From Lama guanicoe (Eukaryota), in assembly GCA_013239625.1 (NCBI GenBank), contig MU053448.1, positions 124,001-188,000 of the forward strand: a stretch of 64,000 nt of DNA, given 5' to 3'. A program made the position numbers and the translations under genes. Positions within the stretch are counted from its first letter, which is position 1, and the number at the start of each line of letters is the position of its first letter. The notes beneath the pieces were generated by a model. The model was not told where the DNA came from, searched no databases, and saw only the letters and a program-made list of their open reading frames with translations. Positions 14,123-25,892 of the stretch are shown piece by piece.

Positions 14123-14311
14123 GTTGTATTTGGAACAGAGTGACTTTTATGAGAAGTTTGCTGGTGGAGACATATGTGTGGATAGATCATCAGAATCTGT
14201 GACTTGCCAGACTTTTGAATTAACACTGAGATCTTGCCTGTACCCTCATATAGACAAGCAGTATCTAGATTGCTGTGGAAACCTCATGCGAACGCTAAAG
14301 AAGGATTACAG
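14123..14311 (+). CDS. TUBGCP5: TUBGCP5 exon (15): LYLEQSDFYEKFAGGDICVDRSSESV...LKKDY(R)
   Basis: ttaaag| acceptor, AG|gtgtgt donor, 189 nt. Confidence 0.94.
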
Positions 14312-14598
14312 GTGTGTAGTAGCCAGTAGTTTGTTGTATCTTCAGAATAGTTGAAATTTTCTTTTTTTAAACTTGGATTTCAGGTTAATTCTTAGAGTAG
14401 GAAATGGCTATGCAGCAGTTTTCTTTTGAGAGGATCAATTAACCATGAATGTTTTCTTAACCTGTTGTGAAATTTAATTCTTTGTTTCTGAGAATTCATC
14501 CCAAATGAAATCTAGCAAAAGTTTGTTATACAAAAATGCTCATCATGAAGTTTGCTGTCAGAGGGAAAAACGTGAAATTACTTAAGAATGGATGACTA

Positions 14599-14700
14599 AT
14601 GGGGGTGGGGGTGTAGGGTATAGCTCAGTGGTAGAGTGTGTGTTTAGCATGCACAAGGTCCTGGGTTCAATCCCCACTACCTCCATTAAAAAAAAAAAAA
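14599..14700 (+). mobile_element. tRNA-derived SINE (Vic-1-like), short form with pure poly(A)
   Basis: gggtatagctcagtggtagag..ctgggttcaatcccc..A13; perfect 15-bp TSD AAGAATGGATGACTA (14584-14598 / 14699-14713). Confidence 0.9.
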
Positions 14701-15201
14701 GAATGGATGACTAGTTCTTTAAATTACAGCATATCTGTAAATTGGGCATATCCATCTTCATGTATGAACTTTACAGTTCATACAAATTATGTTTATACAG
14801 AGTTTTGAATAACTTAGAATTTCTGAAAGCTTAGAAAGCAGAATATATGATGTGGCAGGAACTATATATATTTTTAGTGCATAAAAAAGAAGACTGGAAA
14901 GAAACACCCTAAATGTTAACAGTGGAAATTCATCATGAATAGTAGGATTTGGGTATTTTTTGTTACACTTTTGTGACTTCGCCAGTTTTCTTCAGTGTTA
15001 CAGAAAAATAACTTACTTCTTTCTGATTATTAAAAGGAAAACATAAGCTATTTTTATTATTTTTAGAAGTCTTTAAGATGTGTTAGTATGTCTAATTTTA
15101 GTAAATGTAGAACATAAGTTTGTTTCACTTGGTTTAAATTGATCTAGAATCCCGTCTTACAAGCCTAAGACCTTCCCATCACGTATTTTCTCTCCGTTCA
15201 G

Positions 15202-15384
15202 GTTGGTTGAGTACTTGCAGGCCATGAGAAATTTTTTCTTGATGGAAGGAGGAGATACCATGTATGACTTCTACACATCAATTTTTGATAAAATCAGAGA
15301 AAAGGAAACCTGGCAGAATGTGTCTTTTCTTAACGTCCAGCTCCAGGAAGCAGTAGGACAGCGTTATCCTGAAGACAGTTCACG
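15202..15384 (+). CDS. TUBGCP5: TUBGCP5 exon (16): LVEYLQAMRNFFLMEGGDTMYDFY...YPEDSS(R)
   Basis: gttcag| acceptor, CG|gtaaaa donor, 183 nt. Confidence 0.95.
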
Positions 15385-17679
15385 GTAAAATATGGGCAGC
15401 ACCTTGTAATGTCAGAAAATAGCCCACCTGCCAGGAACTCCCCTGGGACCTTCTCAGGTGCTGTTTAACCCTCACACTAATTAGAGCGCTTCTACACATT
15501 AGAAAACAGGCCCCGGGGACGTGCCCACGGAGGGGAGGAGTCAGTGGGGTGGGGCCGTGCGATCCGCCCGGTTCTGGGCCTTCCTCCCGTGACGGGTTCT
15601 GCGCAGCCACCTTCCCGCCCCCCAGGCCTCGCCCCCGGCGGCCGCTGTTCTGAGACGGTGAGAGCAAGGCCCTCACAGAGCCTCGCTTCCAGCACAGACC
15701 GGTCACAGCCCGCCCACGGTCAGCAGGGGGAAGCAGACCCCACCACCTTCAGGGCAGGGTGGCCTGTTTCCAGGCTGCTGTACCGGCTTCTCCCCAGTCC
15801 GGGGGCTGACCTTCCGCCCTCCCGTCAGCTGCCTGCTGAGCAGCTTGGCCAGGGCCGTGGGTTGGGGCCACTAAACCCTTGTGTCGCAGAGGCTCATCTT
15901 CCCCCGCGCCTGGTGGGCCTTTTTCCTGTCCGTGTTCTTGCTTAGCTGCCTTTCTTGGCTCCCTCAGTGGCCCTTCAAAGCAATAATGGTAATAATTAAC
16001 ATTTATCACATGCCACGTACGGCACTGTTTTCCCGGTTACTGACCATCTGCAACTTAGGAGTAGATAAAACAATTCCTTTTCTATGTCATGTATTAACTT
16101 TGATTTTTCCATAAAAGCAGAATATTCATCCATTATATGGTTAGTAAAAGCTGGGTAACTACCAGATTCTTATCATAGTAAAAAATTAGTGCCCAACAAT
16201 CCCGAAGGGGCTGGGAAAAATTATATTTTTCACTCTCAGTAGAAACTCGTGAATTTTGTTATCTTTAGTATGTTTCCATCTATTGCAGTTATTCCTCTGG
16301 TCTTTCCCAGGCTGTCCCATCTTTACCCAGAGAGAACTCCCTCGCTTGACCCTGGTAATCTTGGGGAGCATCCTTACTTACAGGACTGGATGTCCAGGCT
16401 CATCCTGTGCACGTCCCGCCCCAGGCTGCACACCTCTCCCCAGAGCACTGGTCCTGTCTGTTCTGTGGCTTTAAAAGCCTGCGATCTGGATGCCAGAGTA
16501 TCGTCTGTACTGAAGCATCAGTGCTTCTGGGCTGGCTCAGCAGATGGAGCTAGGAAATAGAAAGAGAAAAATCATAAGCTCGTATTGATATTTCCAATAT
16601 GTATTCAAAATAACAAGATTTCAGTTCTTTGCTTTTCCCTTTGTGTCTTTTCCCTTGAGTTTTACTAATGTGAACACTTGCTGGTTTTATTCTATCATAA
16701 ATCTTAATAGTCCCAAAGTAACAATAAGAGCAACAAGCCCCCTGAGAGTTTAAAACATGCCTGATTGTTTTCTCTTCCTTGTACGTTCAAGTCATCAGAG
16801 CCCCGTATTTCAAGGTCAGTTGGAGTAATTCTCCGCGTGATTATACCACTAACTTAACTTAGGGTCAGGTTCATTTGTTTTAGTTTACTTTGTGCTTTTA
16901 GGAATTGCTTTGTTTTTGTTTTTTCTTGATTCAGTTTTGGTTTTTAATTATGTAAAACGGCTGTATATCTCTTAAAGTTAAAATCATTGGTACGAAGATC
17001 CTTTTAGGGAGCTCTGGTTTCTAGTCCTGTGCTGCCCACTTTCTCCCTTCCCTAGTAACCATTTTTATTAGATTTTATTTTATCCTTCCAGTGTTTATTT
17101 TTTGGCACCAAAACCCCATGTGTATGAATTCCTTTTTCTCCTCACATGTAACACAAAAGGAAGCACATGGTGCACACTCTCCAGCACCTGCTTTGTTTTT
17201 CTCAGGTGAACAGTACATCCCAGACCCACTCCATCTGCAGGCTGGAGAGCCTGACCTCACTCCTTTACGGCTGACTGGCCTTCCACTGTGTTCATTGACC
17301 AGGTGTCCTGTTGGTGGACGTTTGAGCTTCTGTTCTTTTGCTGTGTGTGTGCAGTGACTGGCCTTGTGCATGTCACTGCTGGTTTTTGCCAGTGTAACTT
17401 TGGAGTGTGTTTCTAGAATGAGAGTGCCAGGTGAAAGGGTAACCACGTGTGTAGCCATCCTAGCTGTTACCGAGTTCCTCTTCATAAAGGCTGTGTGTTT
17501 GCTGATTGCCACCAGCTGTGTGTAGAGGGGCTTTCTCCACAGCCTCACCAATGGAATATGTTGTCAGATTTTTGGATTTTTTGCCAGTCTGATGATGAAA
17601 AGCGATTATCTCAGTGTAGTTTTAATTTACATTTTTCTATATTTGAGGTTAGTCATCTTTTTATGTTTATTTTTGCATT

Positions 17680-18035
17680 TCTTTTTTTAATGAAGTATAG
17701 TCAGTTACAATGTATCAATTTCTAGTGTGCAGCACAATGTCCCAGTCATGTCATGCATACATATACATATATTTGTTTTCCTGTTCTTTTTCACTAAAAG
17801 TTACTAGAAGATACTGAGTATAGTTCCCTGTGCTATACAGAAGAAATTTGTTTTTTATCTATTTTTGTGTATAGCAGTTAATATTTGCAAATCTCAAACT
17901 CCCAGATTTACCCCTTCCCACCCCCCGTTTCCCCTGGTAACCATAGATTGTTTACTATGTCTGTGAGTTTGTGTCTGTGTTGTAGGTGTGCTATTTAGCG
18001 CCTCTTTTTCTTTTTTTAGATTCCACTTATGACTG
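17680..18035 (-). mobile_element. L1 3'UTR end (artiodactyl-type)
   Basis: ttttttaatgaagtatagtcagttacaatg...tagttccctgtgctatacag...tttttagattccacttat. Confidence 0.85.
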
Positions 18036-20591
18036 CATTTCTTTTAATATGAACTATCCGTATTTTTCGCTACTATTTCTATCCAGATCAGGTTGTTGAT
18101 GTTAATCCTCTCCATTTTTAGGAGTTCTGTTTATAGATTTACTAACTTAGGATTTGTATTTTTGTCCTTCTTATGACATAACAATTTCCTGTTGTTTTGA
18201 CATGCAGACTTTTTTAGTTTATCTCTTATTACTTCTGAATTTTGAGTTAAGAAAGTTTTACTGTCTCTCAGGTTATGAAGAAATCCACTAATCTTTTCTT
18301 TAAATGCTTGAATGGATTTTTTACATTTAGATGTTGATCCATATGGAATTTATTCAGCTAAAAAAACATGAGAAATAGATCCAGTTGTATCTTTTTCCAA
18401 ATGATTAATTGGTTCCCATCACTTACTTCTTTTTAAAAAAAATCCACCTTTCCCTGTTTATTGGAGGTGCCACTTGATCGTTAAATTTTCACGTACACTG
18501 GAGTCATATGCATTAGGTCTCTTTCTGGATTTTCCATCCGTCTCATTGTTCTGTTTATTCACATGCCAGTAGTATTCGGTTTTAATTACAGAGTTTTCCT
18601 GGCTATTGTTGCTAATTTATTTTTCCAAATGTACTTTATCATCGGCTTGTCTAGCACCCTCCACCAAAACCAAAACCAAAACACAAACCTTGGTGGTATT
18701 TTCATTGAGGTTGCATCCCATTCGTAGATTAACTCAGGACAAATGAGCCACCCCATTGGGACCCCTCCTCCTATGACTTCCATGTGTTCTAGGTGCTCAT
18801 CTGTGCCCACCTGCTCGCTGAGGCCGTGCCCCAGAGTCTCCTTCTCAGTTCCAGGCTTCCCTGCCGTGCCCACGCCCTCCCATGTCCCTGCTGCTCCTCT
18901 GCAGCCTCCCTGTGGGCCCCTTGCCCTCTACCTGCCCTTGGCGTAGCTTCTCCTGCCTGGGGCCCTTCCACCCATATTGATGGCCTCAGTGACCCCTGAT
19001 GACCTGCAGATCAGTACCTTTAGCACAGGTGTCTGCACAGCCAGCACCTCATGACTTGACTCAGATGTCACATATCCAGCAGTGACCTTATTGTTTCTCA
19101 GCCCTTTGTTTCTCCTGGAGGGCAGCACGGTTCATCCCAGTGCCCAGGGCCATGTGCGGCTCACCCTAGACTCCTTCCCCTCCGCCAGCCCCCACACATC
19201 CCTGGCCACTCAGTCCTGCCTCCTGGACAGCGTTCTCGGTCCCTCTGGTCCCCATCCCCCTCATCCCTCTCGGTGCTCACTCGGGGGTGTCCCCCTGCCG
19301 CCTCCTGACCTCTGCCTCTCAGCTTCCCTCCCTCCCGCTTGACCCCCGCCGGGCCACACAGGAAAGCCATCTCTCGGTGCCCCGTGACAGATGGTCCGAG
19401 CTACTCGCAAGAGAGGAAGCTTCTCGCTGTCTGGCTTGTTTTCCCAGCCCTGTTTTTTGCACACAAAAACGTGTAGACATACCATGTTCTGTCTCCACCA
19501 TACTTTCCATTTCAGGGGTTTGGACTACTTCTAGTTTTCCCAAGAGCTGTACTCTCCGCCAGGAGCCTCCACGTGTCCCGCATCCCCCAGTTACCTGCTC
19601 TCCGGTGTGCGTGGCCTGCCAGGGGTCTGCCCTCCTGCAGAGCTCTGCCGGCCTAGCGTGGTGACAGGAGGGTGACTACGTGTTTCCTCTGGGCTGTGAG
19701 CCCCTGGGTGGGGGAGGGGTCGGCTTTCTGCCACCTGCCTAGTGCAGTGTCTGACAAGGTCTTCAGTAGGTACCTACTGAATGCTTCGTGGATGCACATG
19801 TAGTAGACTTATGAGCAAAAAATTCTGACTAGCCTGTGACGTGGAATGAAGTGGCTAACCCATAAATCACGCACCAGCTTTCACATGTCTGGTTCAAGGC
19901 TGACTCCTGCCTCCTCCTCACAGTTAGCCCTCCGTGGGCTGCTGTCACAAGGTGCCCCTGCACCCCTGGGGGAGTCGCATCATTCTCAGCCTGCGGAAGG
20001 GACTGCAGCGAGGAGGGAAGGAGATGAGTCCTGGCCCGGGGGCGTTCCCGTGCCCTGTGGGTGCTGCTTGCTTTCTGTGGGGAGTCCCATTCAAACCCGC
20101 CAGGGAGGGGTGGATGAAGCAGGGTGACTCCCTCGCTTTAGAAGCAGACCCCGTTCTTGCCCAGGCACGCGCACGCGCGCTGTCCCGGGGAGGAGCGCGC
20201 CCCGCCCGCCGCCCCTGAGCCCCAGGGTCCGTCTCCTGGGCCTCTCGCTGAAGTGTACCAGGACCGAGTGCCTGGCGATTGCAGTTCATCTTCCCCGACC
20301 CGTCTTTTTTCCTAAGTAACTTACTGTAATTGTTAAGTAGCTCATCTGTTTTAGAGCGAAACCCATTACTTGAAAATTTTGCCCCTCTTTATTTCTAAAA
20401 CCCGATTTCTATCCTAGAATATGTGCTAGAAAATATGTCTTTATTGAAATATTTGTATTCCTTTTATGAAATACAGACTTTTGGAATATATAAATAAAAT
20501 CACTACTAAAATGCTAACGCTTTTTTTAAAGAGCATTTTTATAAGAACATAGTGCTTTTCACAAAACTGAAGCCGATGTTTCTTTATCTAG

Positions 20592-20676
20592 TCTGTCTAT
20601 CTCTTTTGAAAATGTTGACACAGCTAAGAAGAAACTCCCTGTTCATATCTTAGATGGCCTGACCCTGAGCTACAAG
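20592..20676 (+). CDS. TUBGCP5: TUBGCP5 exon (17): LSISFENVDTAKKKLPVHILDGLTLSYK
   Basis: atctag| acceptor, AAG|gtatgt donor, 85 nt. Confidence 0.95.
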
Positions 20677-20779
20677 GTATGTGCTCATAATCTTTGTAAA
20701 AATACTATTTTCCATTAAAATTAAAACATACAAGTAATAGGTTACTTTCTATTCTAATTTTCTGGTTTTGTTTTCATAG

Positions 20780-20900
20780 GTCCCATGGCCTGTGGACATT
20801 GTTATAAGTTTGGAATGTCAAAAAATTTATAATCAGGTGTTCCTTCTTTTACTGCAGATTAAGTGGGCAAAATATAGTCTGGATGTTTTACTATTTGGTG
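20780..20900 (+). CDS. TUBGCP5: TUBGCP5 exon (18): VPWPVDIVISLECQKIYNQVFLLLLQIKWAKYSLDVLLFG
   Basis: tcatag| acceptor, G|gtaaga donor, 121 nt; Y-x-VPWP motif typical of the GCP GRIP2 domain. Confidence 0.95.
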
Positions 20901-21087
20901 GTAAGATTCGTTTTCAACAGACAAATTATAATTTAATTCTAGTCCAGAAAAAGAGAGGTTGGTCGTCTTTGGTCATTTTTCATGTGTACACAAGTGCCAA
21001 ATTGACATGTATTTATAGCAGCAGTTTCATAGACAGACCTCAGAATTAACTTCCCTGAATGAATACAGTTAATCTAAAATACAGTAA

Positions 21088-21535
21088 AGAGAGTGGGAAG
21101 GGATAAGTTTGGGAGTTTTAGATTTGCAAATGTTAACCACATTTGTAAATGTTAATCATGTAAAAATAGATTTTAAAAAAACAAACTTCTCCTGTATAGC
21201 ACAGGGGACTATATTCAATATCTTATAATAACCTTTTAAAAAAATTTTTAATAGACTTAATTCTTTTAGAGCAGTTTCAGGTTCACAACAGAATTGAGCA
21301 GAAAACAGAGTTCACCCTCCCCTCCCACACATATATACTCCCCTACCCTCAACATCCCTCATCAATTTGGCATATTTGGTGCAGTCGAACCAACATGGGC
21401 ACATTCAGTATCTTATAATAACCTTTAATGAGAAAGAATATGAAAATGAATGTGCATGTATATGCGTAACTGGGATGTTGTGCTGTACACCAGAGACTGA
21501 CGTGTTGTAACTGCCAGTACTTCAATTAAAAAATA
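21088..21535 (+). mobile_element. L1 3'UTR end interrupted by an antisense L1MC-like insert (21237-21402)
   Basis: gggataagtttgggagttt..tatagcacaggggactatattcaatatcttataataaccttt [insert] attcagtatcttataataacctttaatg..acttcaattaaaaaa. Confidence 0.85.
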
Positions 21536-21821
21536 AAGTACGATAAATTAGGAATTTAGCCAGAATAAGAATTCTTAGACTAGGTGAAAATTTTTTATGA
21601 CAAGTTAATGGGACTCTGTTTACATTTTTGATGCCAGTGATAAGGTGATACAGCAGTTCTCACTGCCTCACCTTCCAGAGACACTGAAGGTGAGGTCCCT
21701 GCTGTGAGTCCAGCTGAGTGCCCTTTGCAGGGCCCGCGACCACCCGTCCCAAGTCCCGCCCTGGGCACGTGGGGTCGGGTGGACGCTCTTCCCACCCACT
21801 CTGCTCTTCATTCCTTTACAG

Positions 21822-22000
21822 AGCTGGCTAGTCCTGCTGAAAAGCCACAGCTTAAAGAAGGGCTTTCCTGTGATCAAGACACAGCTGCTCAGTTTGGACC
21901 ACAGAAGGAGCCAGTAAGACAGCAGATTCATCGCATGTTCCTCTTAAGAGTGAAGCTCATGCACTTTGTGAACAGCTTGCACAACTACATCATGACCAGG
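21822..22000 (+). CDS. TUBGCP5: TUBGCP5 exon (19): (E)LASPAEKPQLKEG...VNSLHNYIMTR
   Basis: tttacag| acceptor, AGG|gtgcgt donor, 179 nt. Confidence 0.95.
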
Positions 22001-23054
22001 GTGCGTGTCTGTCCATCCACTCAGTTCTGTCACCGTGTGTGCATCTATTCACAGCGAATTACAAGTAATGTATTTATAAACATAAGATGTCCACAGAATG
22101 CTTACAGACCGTACATGTGGAAACAGCACATACTAAAAACTTGCTCATAAAATGATATGACAGCAGGGGAAGTGTTTTTCAAACACTTCCAGAGCCTGTG
22201 TATCCAGAGACTGCTGTCTCTCCTGACCAGCGACCCCCTGGGATGGACACCCAGAGCCCCCCTTTTGGAATTGCCTTCAGGACTTGCCACATAGTCCCTT
22301 AAATTTCATCAGTGGTGACAGAGTGGTCCCTGGAAAATGGCTCCTGTTTTCAGTGAAGCCTAAAAGCATGTGTCAGGCTGGTGCAGAGTGTAAGGAGGAA
22401 GGTGCGGCCAAGTTACATGCTTTTTTCTTAAATACAAGTAACTCATTACAAAGTAAATAAAACTGCAATTCTCACATGTGTTAAAAGCCGTTCCAGGGGA
22501 AGTTCTGAAGACGAGTTCAGATTCTTGAACAGTTGTAGGCATTATTAGAGGACAATACTTAGTGTTTAAAATGGTTGCTAACTATTTGTAGGCATTCTAG
22601 CAGACAGGGTCTAGAATCCACTGTGGTTTGGGTGCAGGGAGCCTTTGAAGCCTGTGTTTCAGACGTGCACACGGTAGACACGCTCCCTGCTTCCCGTGCA
22701 CCGGTGCCTTCAGAGGGCCAGCCGCAGGCCCTTAATTGTTGAGAATAAATGGTAGGAGTTTAAGTTTTTGCTTAAATTTGTTTTTTTCTACTTGAAGTAC
22801 AATTATGCTTCTTTTAAAGAAAGACCATTGTATAAACAATGGAATTTATAAAAACATATAAATTAAGTATACCTGATGACTTTTTTAAAAATTAGTGCAT
22901 TTTCTATAGGGTTTGATATTCTTGCCCCTCCGCACAGGAGCAGCCTGTTAGTCCAGAGTGAGGCCTCCCCCCACTGGGCAAATGGGCGTCCTAAAGACTG
23001 GGCCCACCGTCATTCTAGGGTAAGAGGGCCAGCCCGTGAGAAGGGTACTTTAGT

Positions 23055-23190
23055 GGGGAGGGTGTAGCTCAGGGGTAGAGCGCATGCCTAGCATGCACAA
23101 AGTCCTGGGTCCAACCCCCAGGACCTCCATTACAAATAAATAAACCTCATTACCTCCCTCCAAAATAAAAAATAAAATTAAGAAAAAAAG
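23055..23190 (+). mobile_element. tRNA-derived SINE (Vic-1-like)
   Basis: ggggagggtgtagctcaggggtagagcgcatgcctagcatgcacaaagtcctggg plus tail; TSD about ggtactt. Confidence 0.85.
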
Positions 23191-23328
23191 AATGGTACTT
23201 GATACGCTTTACAGGTGTGACTGTTGAAGGAAGAAGTTGAGGGGAGTAGAAGAGGATGGTGAAAAGTTACGTGTGTGGCACACAAGTTCTCGAAGAAGAA
23301 ATCTGATTCGGCCTCTTTCTCTTTCAAG

Positions 23329-23454
23329 ATTCTTCATAGCACAGGGCTGGAGTTTCAGCATCAAGTTGAGGAAGCCAAGGATCTAGATCAACTGATTAAA
23401 ATTCACTATAGATACTTGTCAACCATCCATGATCGATGTCTGCTCAGAGAAAAG
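23329..23454 (+). CDS. TUBGCP5: TUBGCP5 exon (20): ILHSTGLEFQHQVEEAKDLDQLIKIHYRYLSTIHDRCLLREK
   Basis: tttcaag| acceptor, AAG|gtacgg donor, 126 nt. Confidence 0.95.
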
Positions 23455-24026
23455 GTACGGGAGCTGTCACCTGTGACCTTGGCCAGTGAGGCTGGGCCGA
23501 AGCAGCCAAGGGAGGTGTCTCTCTGCTTTATTGTGTTGTACTTATTAAGTGTCTGATCTGCAGAATATTCTTTAAGGAAGGACCAGATCAAATGAGGTCA
23601 GAAATTTGTGCCATATTACTGGAAATTATTTCTAAGAGAAACAGATGACAGCTGTGTTGTGACAGTCAGCAGTCACTCAGCCCTGTGTTAGATTCAGTGG
23701 GAAAATTTTATCTGCAGTTGTGGAATAAATAGTGCTCTCGTCAGGAAGTGCGTCCCACTTGGTGTGAACGTATGGCATTAAGTCACCTTACAGCCATTGG
23801 ATTGACGGGTGAACGTCCATGGCTGTCCCAGGAGAGGGCACTTGCCAGCTCTGTAGCTCAGACTCCGCTGCGGGTGCGCCTGTGCTGTGGGTGTGGCACC
23901 GTGTTCAGAGCCTAGCACCCTTCCTTGTATGCAGAAGGCACTCATTGCCCCGATGAGCTTTTCCTGTGACTCGTTTAAGTTAGGTGAAAGTGTTGGTGTC
24001 AGTGCTCTCTGTGGCTTTCCCTCCAG

Positions 24027-24115
24027 GTCAGCTTTGTGAAGGAAGCCATCATGAAGGTGTTGAACTTGGCCCTCATGTTTGCGGATGGTTGGCAGGCCGG
24101 CCTGGGGGCGTGGCA
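24027..24115 (+). CDS. TUBGCP5: TUBGCP5 exon (21): VSFVKEAIMKVLNLALMFADGWQAGLGAW(Q)
   Basis: ctccag| acceptor, CA|gtaagt donor, 89 nt. Confidence 0.94.
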
Positions 24116-25791
24116 GTAAGTACGAAGCTCCTGCAAACTCTGTGCTGTGACTGTGTCCCCTTCCCTTCTTCCTCTGGGAGCCTTGTTTTTCATCCAGACA
24201 ACAGATCACGTACACTTATGCTTTTAAGAAAAGAATCGAAGAATTGGCTTTGTTCATCTAAACTAGGCAGCATCAAGACTTGGGCAATTCTATTATGAAT
24301 GGTGAAACAATAAGAAAAATCTGAAGCCTTTGATTGGGACAAGCAAATATCTGTAAATTACATTCATGTTTTGCCATATAGGTTTTGTTAAGTTTTTGTC
24401 ACGGATGCCTTCAGACATGCAGAAGTGAGGGTGGGGGGCATAACAGACCCTGGGACTATCACTCCCCTCAAGCAGGTGCCAGTGACCGCCGGGTCTGTAT
24501 TGTGTCTACTGCCCACCCCCGTGTGCTCAGTTATTTTAAACCAAGTTCTGGACACCATGCTAGATTATAGTCCAAAGTTGTATCTTAAAGAGCTCTGAAA
24601 GACTGTATGTTTTACTTTTAGGGTGTTAATTATTCACACCCATCGCATAGAAAGGCAGAGGACAGTTGAGGGCCCAGGAGCAATTCCGTCCTGTCCTGCA
24701 CACTGTCCCCTGCTGTTCCTTGGACATGCAGCCAGCAGCTCTCCCGTCTGGCTTAGAAACTTGGTGCGATGCTGCTCTTGCCCCTGAAGTAAAAGTGCGA
24801 GTCTGGCTGACCAGGCTGTCGGGGTAACAGCTTGTACTTAGTTGGTGTTGGTAAGGAGCTGAGAATTCGTTGTAATCTGAGATCTTAACCTGCGATTGTA
24901 TCAGAGTACTCTAAATGAAGAAACTAAGGCGGTAGATAAAGTTCATAGTTGCAGGGATGAAAGAAGTCTTATTGGTGGAAAGTCTCGAGTGTGGCGAGCG
25001 GACTTCTCTCTCCATGTGCTGTCGGGTGGACTGTGTATGCTTTGCAGGAACTGCGCTGTTCCGGTTTCTTCAAGTAGATAGTAAGAAAAAAGCAGGGAGC
25101 TGAGGAGGACTTAAGCATATCGGCCATTGCAGTTTATGGAAATGGACTGATCCAGATTCAAACTTTGGGCAGAAAAGTGAAAAAATTGTCAAGCGTCAGT
25201 GAAATCTGAGCACTATTTGATGATTTTTTTAAATCGTTAGGTGTTTTTAAGCAAATGCTGTTGAGGCTTTTTAAAGGAATCTCTATCTTTAGTGTATGCA
25301 CATTGAAATATTTATGACTGAAATGCTGGGATGTCTGAGATTTACTTCTAAATGGGGCTGCCTGGGGATGGGGGGGTGACTGCTCAAGCTGAGTGTGTTT
25401 GCTCTTTCCCATAATAACAAGGTTTTAAATGATTTTTAGATGTAAGGTTTTATATCTTTAATGTGCTCTTTATTTCGAAAGAAGATACGGTTGTGAACGT
25501 GAAAATGTAGACCTGCTCAGTAGGGAAGGCGCGTCCCCAGGTGTCCTCGCTCTGGAGCTCAGGGCCGTCCTGAAGCTGCGGTTTTGTGTCCCAGTGATGC
25601 TTTCCTTCAGACACTGAAAGTTCCTATTTTAAAGTGGGGCAGGAAGTGTTATATTTTGCTTTATAATCTTTAGAGTTAGGATGCTGAATAATTAAACTGA
25701 AGCACAATTGAAATTACTTCAAAAATATTTGACAGCTTACCTCTTAACCCCTTGTGCACTTACTTAAATTGAAATTTACTTTCTTTCCCAG

Positions 25792-25892
25792 AATGGAATC
25801 TATTGAGAAAATGGAGTCTGATTTTAAAAACTGCCACATGTTTCTTGTAACCATTTTAAACAAAGCTGTCTGTAGAGGATCCTTTCCCCACC
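25792..25892 (+). CDS. TUBGCP5: TUBGCP5 exon (22): MESIEKMESDFKNCHMFLVTILNKAVCRGSFPH
   Basis: ttcccag| acceptor, C|gtgagt donor, 101 nt. Confidence 0.95.

Noticed and set aside
15380..20289. Many 60-158 aa ORFs in the TUBGCP5 intron
   Set aside because: No recognisable domains or consistent splice structure; they lie in GC-rich or repeat-derived sequence.
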